NCBI GenBank assembly: GCA_964016885.1
Contig: OZ024743.1
Coordinates: 68,820,001-68,884,000, forward strand
Length of the DNA stretch: 64,000 nucleotides
Direction of reading: 5' to 3'
Source of the DNA: Eledone cirrhosa
Lineage: Eukaryota
Both the position numbers and the translations under genes were made by a program. Below, in pieces: positions 53,521 through 64,000 of this stretch. A model generated the notes under the pieces. That model worked only from the letters and a program-made list of their open reading frames with translations, was not told the origin of the DNA and did not search any database. Position 1 is the stretch's first letter. Each line of letters opens with the position of its first letter.

Positions 53521-53970
53521 GGCGGTCGATTCGGGGTGCTGAATTGGCAGTATCGGTAGAGAGTCGGACATACTTTCCAGCATAGTTACACCCCTTTACG
53601 GTCTGAGTTCAAATCCAGCCGAGGTTAACTTTGCTTTTCATCCTTAACTGGTCGATAAATTAAAGAACCAGTGATGTACTGGTTAATTGCTGGCCTTGTG
53701 CCAAATGTAGAAACAATTATTTCTTTCTTGCTCATAGACCTGGACATGCTCATAGACCCTGGCGGTCGATTATGGTGGTGGATTGGCAGAATCGGTAGAG
53801 AGTCGGACACCGTGCTTTGCAGCATAGGTTAACGGCCTTTTACGTTCTGAGTTCAAATCCCGCTAATGTTATCTTTGTCTTTCATACCAGTAATGCACTG
53901 GGGTTGATTTAATCGAATTTCCTCTCCCCTAAAATTGTTGGCCTTGTGCCTATAGTAGAAAACATTATTA
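53521..53970 (+). mobile_element. two tandem tRNA-derived SINE copies
   Basis: Both start ggcggtcgatt (53521, 53761) and have A/B boxes and a ggccttgtgcc..gtagaaa tail. Confidence 0.85.
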
Positions 53971-55226
53971 TGCCGTCCGATTAATATTCTTTTCTATTTG
54001 TTCCGGTAAATTGCGCTTTGAGATCAAATCTCACTCTGGTCAAGTTACTGTTTCATCCTACCAGGGTTGATGTAAAACCATATCAGTTTCAGTGTGAAAC
54101 TGTTAAACATCCGGGTGTTCTCACACCCAGCTCTGCATGTTTTGAGTTCAAATTCCATCTACCCCTTGTTAGGAATTGTCACAGATAGTTTCAGCAATAG
54201 GAAAATCAATGGAAACATATTGTACGTTGTTCGATCTGACGATCGGACATCAGGTCGTCCTCTGCTTTGTACTTTTTTTTATTTTCGATTCCCAACACAA
54301 AGGGGAATTTCAATTAATTACGAATGAAATTGGTGCGGGAATCAATACATTACTGTGTAAATAAATTAGTCAAATAGGTGACTTTTCCCAATATCATTAA
54401 GTGAAATTGTGTGGACAGCTACTGTATGGAAGCCCGTGGGATAGATTGTAGCTGTAATTCATAGAGGTAGCTTTGCCAATTCCTGTCACATCAATTCTAA
54501 TTCAAAATTTCTTTAAGAGTAAGATGTCTCTATGGAATAGTCAGTAAATTTACACGCTAATTAAATGAGTAATTCGTTCAAATGATCAAATAACTATACA
54601 CTTATACGCCGAACATATTCGGTTTTGTACAACATCATCCTCATCATCTCTATAGATTATCATCATCATCATCATCATCATTATCATAATGAATTGAAGA
54701 AAAAAATGATTGGTTACCGGTGGCCGTATAAATAGCTGTCCACGCTCTTACCCAATCAAAATTATATTAAATTTAATATGTGTGTATATGTGTCTATATG
54801 TGTCTGTGTGTCAGCGTGGACGAATGCATGTGTATTTGCATGTGTATGTGTATGCTTGCACGTGAGTGAGTGTGTTTACGGGCGTGTGCCAATACGTGTC
54901 TGTGTGCGTGTCTTCATATCCTTACGAGCTATTTTCAATCTAAATTATGTTAAATATGTATGTGTCTGTATGTGTTTAGCATGTGGTAACTGCCAGCTAT
55001 TTGATTTAACTCTGGATTACCAATGGTTTCATAAACTTGTAGAAATAAGTCATCTAACGCGTGTGATAAGTTAGACGTATATGTAAGCGTCAATGAAACC
55101 AATAGTAAAGCAGGAATAATTCAAACTGATAAAACATAAATACTATATTGATGGCTATTTTTGTTTATATATATAGAACATCCGGCTACATATATATATA
55201 TATATATATATATAAATATATAAATA

Positions 55227-55272
<46 letters not shown>

Positions 55273-55299
55273 TGTTAACACCATATATATATATATATA

Positions 55300-55348
<49 letters not shown>

Positions 55349-55416
55349 ATATATATGTTTGTATAAATGTATATATATATATATGTATGTATATAGGTAT
55401 ATATATACATATATAT

Positions 55417-55577
55417 CAGCACTGTGTGTCAATAATTGTCACAGGTGTAGTGTTTGTACCAGAGTGTTCAAGTCGCTGGCTGGACTAAATAGACACACTC
55501 ATTCAGCGCATCGGTAGGGGTTCTCCTACATGGATATAAAGTAGTGGCCGTACTCGAAAACGAGTTGGCAGCCACCA
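55417..55577 (+). mobile_element. 5'-truncated copy of the ~530-bp retroposon
   Basis: Matches the 3' 160 bp of 32109-32639. Confidence 0.85.
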
Positions 55578-55621
55578 TATATATATATATATATGTATAT
55601 AGGTATATATATATATATATA

Positions 55622-56162
55622 TTGGCATCTAAACTGGCAACCCCACCAAGATTTCTTGATGAGGATGGTGACTTTGGACATCCTGCAGGACTAAACACAA
55701 AACCTGTCAAAGGGCAAAGGAGCTCTTAAGTCAATGGCCATCCAAAATCACCGGGAGAGATGACTCCTTAGCCTTTGTCAAGGCAGAATTCTAGGAGAAG
55801 GAAAACTCTTATATAACACCTGCAACCCTGATGGTATCCAATGATGTTGACTTGTTCTTATTTTTGGTAAATATCATCTTGTTTAAGAGAGTGGGACTGC
55901 CTTTGTGCAGTGCCTTTGCTCACTATAAAAGCTTCACGGCAAAGGCATTGCTTTATATCTGGAGATCTCTCTGCACTTGTCGTCACATGGTACCATGGAC
56001 CCAGCACTACGTGTCAATATGTGTCACAGGTGTTGTGTTTGTACCAGAGTTTTCAAGTCGCTGGCTGGACTAAAAAGTCACACTCGTTCAGTGCATCGGT
56101 AGGGGTTCTCCTACATGGATATAAAGTAGTGGCCGTACTCGAAAACGAGTTGGCAGCCACCA
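55622..56162 (+). mobile_element. ~540-bp non-autonomous retroposon in (TA)n
   Basis: Second full copy of 32109-32639. Confidence 0.85.
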
Positions 56163-56482
56163 TATATATATATACAGAGAGAGAGAGAGAGAGAGAGAAA
56201 AAGAGAGAGAGATGTTTACACCATATGTATATATTCGATCATCGCGTCGATCGTACCCCGAGCTGGTCGCCAAAGAAACGTATGTAATATGTCTAATAAA
56301 TTCTAATTCGTCACACCACTGATTCTCCATTTCTTATGTAATATATATATATATATATACTATAGTGACACAACTTCGAGTGATTAGCGGCCTTTCGACA
56401 CACCTGATCAATGAAACAATTGTTAGTACTGTAAATAAAACCCTTTTTGTACAGCCGACCATGTTATTCTTCAATCTTTAAC

Positions 56483-56548
<66 letters not shown>

Positions 56549-56616
56549 GTAGCTAAGATGCTTCCCTAGGCGGTATGCCGGTTGAGCACTCTATGCTCCT
56601 ACGGAGCAGAGTATGG

Positions 56617-56835
56617 TAGAATGGAAAACGAAAAATCAGTGATGCGTTTGAACTCATTTTATGGCTTGTTACAATTGTTTCCCCGGCGAACAGCTCTAGG
56701 TGCGATCTGTGTATGGATCGACCTGACTCTGGATTCATAGGTTCCTTGGACAAGCCAATTGATTTCGCCAGGGTAACAATTGTAACACGCAATAAATTGA
56801 GTTCCGATGCATCACTGATTTTTCGTTCTCCATTC

Positions 56836-56838
<3 letters not shown>
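56617..56838. repeat. tail-outward inverted pair with decayed long-stem-II hammerhead (56663-56756, -)
   Basis: ggcttgt-CCAAGGA-...-GAAA-caattg-TA-acaagcc; related to the 29.0, 34.3 and 56.25 kb copies. Confidence 0.7.
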
Positions 56839-56869
<31 letters not shown>

Positions 56870-57125
56870 TGGTGTAAACAAAGTTTCATATTATTAAAAT
56901 CTATGTGCTACCAATGGTGTCCAGTCATGGCCACCACTGTATAATGGTCCCATGTACGTAAATTATCATCCTTTTTCCAATCTGGAGTTTTTTTATAACT
57001 CCAACTATTAGGCTAATTTAATCAGTCAAAAATACGAAGGAAGGTCTATTTCACTTTCTGATTTTTCAAATTCTCCCCTGAATAATACATTTAGAAGGCC
57101 ATTCACTATGAGATTTTCATTAAAT

Positions 57126-57505
57126 ATACAGTATATTGCTAAAAATACTATACATACATTCATGTATATCGCTATTTCAGAGCACCAATACTACTACCTA
57201 ATTTTGGCTGGACCTGCAATCGCTCTGTTTAATCGGCTCCTGGTTATTTCTGAAATTCTATAAGAATCCAGCTCCTATAATTATCGGCAAAGGCAGCGCA
57301 GTGTGTGGTCTTGATAAACGCTAACAAGCGAGAAACAGATGGCCACTCTCTGTTACTTGTGCCGAGATTAAGTAAGTGACATAGTCACTACTTTAAAACT
57401 CATAGTGATTGGTCTTCTAAATGTTTTTAGTTAAACATACAGTATATTGCCAAATATACTATACATACATTCATGCATACATCGCTATTTCAGAGCAATA
57501 ATACT
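57126..57505. repeat. ~311-bp unit with ~70-bp terminal direct repeat
   Basis: atacagtatattgc..tatttcagagca at 57126 and 57437; weak HHR-like remnant at 57305-57346. Confidence 0.7.
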
Positions 57506-57949
57506 AATCCTATATATATATATATATATATAAAATCAAGGGAAAGCAAATAAAGTAAAAATTTCAAAATTATTTTTTTTAAATTCCCTGTTCTTACTAT
57601 ATGTGCTTTCACCGCAATTTCAAATCCCAAACGAATAGATAATCCAGGCGGATTTACATTGAGAAAGAGATTATCGTCAGAAGGCATTTCTCTCTCAGAG
57701 AATATAAAATTTCCGAGTTAAACATTTTAAACTGGCGCGCGCCAGTGAATTTTAACAAATTTATTTTGAAATTTTTGCTATATTTGCTTTCCGTTAATTT
57801 TATATAATCTGGCTTGTTAATTTATTAACTTGCCATTGAACCACACTGGCATATGGTCGGACTATACTTGTATCCCTGTGTGTATTAATTACATGTAGGA
57901 ACACATACTTTTATTATATATATATATATGAATTTGGATGTAATAGTAT

Positions 57950-58420
57950 CTGCATTCTTGGTCCTGTCTTCCCACTTTATCTTGTAGGTCGACTTGGGCC
58001 TGTCAGTTTCCTGGGCTCTTTTGGATTTAGGTAGTCTCAAGCTGCAGGTAACTAGATGGTGATCAATTGACAGCTCATTATCTCTTTTAAGATGAACATC
58101 CAGCACAAAATCGAAGAGATCAGAGCCAATAACAAATCAATTATTCATCTTTGCCCCTGGACCTCCTTAAACCATGTATATTTATGGCTGTCTCTGTGCT
58201 GCAAGAACGTGTTCATAATTGACAGTCCATTGCTGGAACAGACATCTATTAAGGCCTGTCCACTTGTATATGAATGTTAGAAATTCCCAGCAAAGAATCG
58301 CTAGACAAATTTTATGGGCAAACTGAAACAGCAGGAGACCCAGGGGTAGACACGGAGCCAGAGGTTTGGATTAAATTTGGTCCCAAACATGAAAAGGAAA
58401 AGAAATTACGAAGCTGAACA
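57950..58420 (-). pseudogene. LINE apurinic-endonuclease domain remnant
   Basis: LSIMNTFLQH..HKYTW, VLDV..ELSIDHHLV. Confidence 0.7.
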
Positions 58421-58642
58421 TTTATGGTTGGAATACATTGGCTCCTTGTTTTCCACGACATCAGAAAATTCTCAACAACAAAAGTATATATAACAGTAAT
58501 TAAATCCTTTAGTATTTACAAACTCCAATTATAAGAACAACAAATTTAACCCCAAAACCGTTACCAGAACTACAATCCACCGCAATCATCACGACCACAA
58601 CCACCACCACGACTCCTACTGCTGCTGCTGCTGCTGCTGCTG

Positions 58643-58729
<87 letters not shown>

Positions 58730-58972
58730 ACAACACCACCATTAAAAACACTGTCACCAACACCACTCTGCCCGCCACCACTACCTTTACTATCACTGTC
58801 AATTGCACCAATATCACCACCACCACCACCACCATTACTAATATTGTCTCAGCACCACCGCCATTCTCATAACGACATTCCAAAACAACTACAACAATAA
58901 GTACTACTACTACTACTACTACGACTACCCCTACTCCTACTACTCCTACTCCTCCTCTTCCTCCTCCTCCTC

Positions 58973-59020
<48 letters not shown>

Positions 59021-59199
59021 GAATGACACGAAACCTTATCACAATAAATTATCATTAAAAGTTCAACTGCTACATGCACTATTACGACTATTGCTATTTT
59101 TACCACTACATGCACCACATTCACCGCCACCAAAAAACAGTAACCCCAGCAACCAACATAATCACATCTGCAACTACCACCACTACCACTACTACCACC

Positions 59200-60110
59200 A
59201 CCACCATTATTATCAACATTACAATTGCCATTACCACCAGCACGACCATTATTATCAACACTACAATTGCCATTATCACCAAAACCACCACCACCATTAA
59301 TATCAACACAACAATTGACATTACCACCACCACCACCACCATTAATATCAACACAACAATTGACATTACCACCACCACCACCATTATTATCAACACAACA
59401 ATTGCTATTATCACCACCACCACCACCACCACCACCACCACCACCAATATTATCAACACAACAATTGCCATTATCACCACCACCACCACCACCACCACCA
59501 CCACCACCACCATTATTATCAACACTACAATTGTCATTATCACCACACCACCACCACCATCACCACTACCACCATTAATATCAACACAACAATTGACATT
59601 ACCACCACCACCACCATTAATATCAACACAACAATTGACATTACCACCACCACCACCATTAATATCAACACAACAATTGACATTACCACCACCACCACCA
59701 TTAATATCAACACAACAATTGACATTACCACCACCACCACCATTAATATCAACACAACAATTGACATTACCACCACCACCACCATTAATATCAACACAAC
59801 AATTGACATTACCACCACCACCACCATTAATATCAACACAACAATTGACATTACCACCACCACCACCATTAATATCAACACAACAATTGACATTACAACC
59901 ACCACCACCATTATTATCAACACAACAATTGACATTACCACCACCACCACCATTATTATCAACACAACTATTGCCATTATCACCACCACCACCACCACCA
60001 CTACCACCACCATTATTATCAACACTACAATTGTCATTATCACCACACCACCACCACCATCACCACTACCACCATTATTATCAACACTACAATTGCCATT
60101 ATCACCAAAA
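59200..60110. repeat. 42-bp minisatellite
   Basis: tcaacacaacaattgacattaccaccaccaccaccattaata; 59581 to 59623 = 42 bp. Confidence 0.92.
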
Positions 60111-60151
60111 CCTGGGGCTAAATAATGACAAGAGCTACATATACGTTAGAC

Positions 60152-60341
60152 TGGTGGTTTTCAACCTTTTTTTGTTAACGGCACACCTTGGAACACATGA
60201 AAACATAGCGGCATACCTGGATAATATATACGAAAATTATTTGAATTTTACAAAATAAAAATAGGACATACGTAGTATTTCCGCATCTTCTTAGTGTGTG
60301 TGTCGTTGAAAATGTCGCGGCAGATTGGTTGAGAATCAGAG
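60152..60341. mobile_element. hAT-type MITE (190 bp)
   Basis: Imperfect TIRs tggtggttttcaacc / ggttgagaatcagag; 8-bp TSD cgttagac at 60144-60151 and 60342-60349. Confidence 0.75.
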
Positions 60342-60399
60342 CGTTAGACTGTATATATTCTACCTAATATAGAAAGACGAGATATTAGAGGGAGGAAGA

Positions 60400-60463
<64 letters not shown>

Positions 60464-60965
60464 GGTGGTGGTGGTGGTGGTGGTGGTGGTTTTAGTGGTG
60501 GTCGTTGTGGTGGTGTTACTGGTGGTGGTGGTCGTCGTTGTTGTGATGGTGGTTGTGGTGGTGGGGGTAGTAGTAGGAATGGTGGTGGTAGTGGTAGTGG
60601 TAGTAGTATTAGTAGTAGAACTATAGGTTTTTACCATCTCCACCGCCACTACTCCTATACCACAACCATTACTACTATATACACCACCACACCCTTTATT
60701 ATTAACAAAGTCACAAAGAATACCACAACCAGTACTACTACAGCTACTACTACTACTAACATCACCAGCAAAACCTTTACTCTTTCAAAGGTAACGAAGA
60801 GCAATGCCACCACAACCACCACCACCACCACCACCATCAGCACTATAACTACAAAGAACATCAATGCCGTTATCACTACCACCACTACTACAATATCACA
60901 CACTTTACTACTACCAAAGTCACAGGAAATATCACCATCACTACTACTACTACTACTACTACTAT

Positions 60966-61003
<38 letters not shown>

Positions 61004-62187
61004 ACCCTACCGCAACATGGCCACAACCTTTACTGCCACCAAAGTCACCATGCATTCATGTAACAAATAAACACCGTCACAAAGCACACAATTGATACAC
61101 CACCCCAACACCAATAACACACCACAACCACGAGGACCGTCTCCATTTCCACCATTATCACAGACAATACCACCAGCACCATTACTATCACTAACACTAC
61201 CACCACTGATACCACACCCAACAACATCACCTTTACCACCAAAGCCATCAGCACCACCACCACCATTACCGCCACCAACAACACCAACTACCACAATAAC
61301 ACCAACACCATCAGCATCACCATCACAACAGTGACTACCACCACCAACAACAACAACAACACTACCAAAACCCTCACCACCACCAAGAAGAACCACAATA
61401 AGACCAACACTACCAAACCCATCACCACCACCCTCAACAACAACAACAACCATAATAACACCAACACTATCACCACCAACAACATTATATTACCACTACA
61501 ACCGGGGCTACTACCACCACCATGACCAACAACAGCAACAACAACATCAACAGAAACCACAATAACATCAACAAACTCACCACCAGCGCCACCAACACTA
61601 TTACCACTACAACCAGCACCATCACCCCCGTCACCACCATCACCACCAGCAACACCAACAACAACAAACTCAATAACACCAACACCAACACTATCATCAC
61701 CACCAACACTATTACCTCTACAACCAGCACCAACCAACACCACTGCCAACAACAACAATCTCAATAACACCAACACCAACACTATCACCACCACCATCAC
61801 AACAACAACAACAACAAACACAATAACACCAACACTATCACCACCACCAACTCAATTAAATCTACAACCAGCACAACCACCACCACCGCCAACAAAAACA
61901 AGAACAACCTCAATAACACCAACGCCAACACTATCACCACCACCACCAACACCACCACCACTACCACCACCCCACCACCAGCAATATAAACAGCAACAAC
62001 AACCTTAATAACATTAACAGCACCTCTAACACTACTAGCAGTAGCTCGTGTGTTGAGTTAAATCCGAAGACTCTGACATTAAGAAATGGTGACCTTTCTG
62101 AAGTTTGTACATAACAACACAGCAAGATAGCACCAGCTTTTGGGGGTTAGTAAAAAAAATATGGAATGATGAGAATAATAGTAGTGA

Positions 62188-62762
62188 CTAGCAGATTTAC
62201 CCGGCGTTGCTCGGGGTTTAGAATTATGCTAAGAATATACAGCTAGGAAGTAAAAGAAGAACATTATTTGTCCCCAACCTGTCAAAATAAGCAGAAGACT
62301 TCAATAATGAATGCAAACGAATATTTAGTGCAATCTTTGTACACATAAAATTATGCTTATAATAAAGGAAAACACTGAACAGGATGTAGTTATACAAATG
62401 ATTAAAGACAAAACACGTTGCACATCTGTAAAAAAAACAGACAGTTTTGCTAAAGTACAAAAAGTTGTTCAAATGAATGTGATGTTTATATTTCTGAAAA
62501 GTTGGTTATCTCCCTGTTATTATAAGGATTGTCAATAAAGTTTGTTTTCTCCCTTACATCAATTTTTCTACCGATAATTTTGATATCGATTTTTTATTGC
62601 TCAACGTGGGTCGATTTGAAAAATGTTTGTGATGTGACAATCTTAGCGACCTCTGCAAGGTGCACACAAAAGTTGGTCAAGTTCAGTTGGTAATTGTAAA
62701 AGCCTTATGTATGCAAAGTTGTACACAGACACACATAAATCCTCGCTTTTATATATACAAAG
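62188..62762 (-). mobile_element. non-autonomous Helitron-like element
   Basis: Minus-strand 3' end: hairpin cccgagcaacgccggg, 8 nt, CTAG, then T; 5' boundary approximate. Confidence 0.55.
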
Positions 62763-62764
62763 GC

Positions 62765-62940
62765 AATAATAATGGTGATAATAATAGTGGTGATAATAAT
62801 AGTGGTGATAGTAATAGTGGTGACAATAATAGTGATAATGGTAATAGTGATAATAATAAGAATTATAATAATTGTTTCTACTTTTGGCACAAGTAGTAGT
62901 TGTAGTAGTGGTGATAGTGGTAGTGGTTGTGGTGTAAGTT

Positions 62941-62986
<46 letters not shown>

Positions 62987-63099
62987 GGCGGGTGATAGTG
63001 TTTGTGGTGGTTTTGGTAGTTGTGGTTGCAGTAGTTGTAGTGGAAGATGTATAGTAGTGGTGGTCTGATAGCAGTAGTATTAATAGTGTGGTGGTGGTC

Positions 63100-63192
<93 letters not shown>
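62765..63192. repeat. (AGT)/(AAT) trinucleotide field with SINE tail remnant
   Basis: Pure (AGT)n at 63106-63191; ttgtttctacttttggcacaa at about 62872-62892. Confidence 0.85.
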
Positions 63193-64000
63193 AGGTAACT
63201 GAAGTACTGAATGTGAGATGGGAGGTGGGAGATCGGAGATGGAGAGAGTGGATAAATGAGGAGCAGAATGTTAGAGAGTGGGGGGAAGAGAAAGTAAAAG
63301 CGTGTAAGTATAAGGACTGAAAGAGTTGGCATGAATGGGGGAGGAATGATTTAGAGACGGTGGCAGAGGAGAGGGGAGTTAAGAAGGAGGTCGGAGACGC
63401 AGGTTGTAGATGAGAGAGGGAGATAGAGAGAGTGCATAAGAAGGGGAACAATAGATAGATTATGAGGAGTAGGATATAGAGGAGTAGGATTATATGAGAT
63501 AGGCAAAGGGAAAGATAGAGACAGAGGTAGAGAAGGGGTGGAGAGAAATAGAGAGAAAAAGATATAGGGTTTCGAATATGGAGGATAGAAGTGAGTGTAA
63601 GATAAAGGGGAAAAAGTTGAGAGAGTTAATTGGAGTAGAATTGTGGGGTCATGTGTGTGGTGTCGTATAGGTGGCCAATTGGCAGAGTCGCTAGAACGTC
63701 GCCATTCCAGGTCGATAAATGAAACTACCGATCTAGTACTGGGATCGATTATTCTTGTATATCCTATTTTCATTTACATTCTCTGATTCTATATCGTTAT
63801 TTCAAATAATTATGTTGTATTTGGACCCGGAGAGGAATGGGCAATGCCAGGTTTTAAAAAGACATTCAGAGGTCGTTAAAGTTAATAGTCACTACTAAAG
63901 CGTGATTTTGTTACTCGGAGATTTATCCATCTGTATCGTAGAGGCCTCCAAACGCGATCATTTTTCATATTGCACAATGCTTCAAGCAAGCTACAACACT

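Larger units (their letters stand above)
58590..62045. repeat. (ACT)/(ACC)/(AAC) trinucleotide field
   Basis: Triplet runs with a strand switch at 60400-60620. Confidence 0.9.

Noticed and set aside
59074-60258. 394-aa ORF with PPPPPLISTQQLTL repeats (formin/extensin-like)
   Set aside because: Translation of a 42-bp minisatellite that runs into a MITE

Overview
AT-rich, repeat-saturated eukaryotic DNA, probably from an octopod cephalopod (inferred from the SINE and the repeat landscape). No host protein-coding exon is recognisable, and most ORFs in the track are microsatellite artefacts. The flanks (about 1-21.6 kb and 58.5-63.2 kb) are trinucleotide fields and minisatellites. They contain LINE remnants (RTE, Tx1/L1-like, R4/Dong), tRNA-derived SINEs, a hAT-type MITE and a Helitron-type end. 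The centre (about 22-58 kb) is (TA)n-punctuated and filled with Penelope-like element (PLE) remnants (RT plus GIY-YIG). The main hidden signal is about 30 type I hammerhead-ribozyme (HHR) motifs read by eye from many unrelated families. About 17 of them keep both CUGANGA and GAAA...UH boxes. They occur at PLE 3' ends, in miniature tail-outward foldbacks, and in non-coding ~0.3-0.4 kb units. One of these units is a 2.5-copy ~423-bp tandem array resembling a retrozyme or newt satellite 2, and it shares an octamer-containing motif with a second HHR unit. All folds and coordinates were derived by hand and are unverified.
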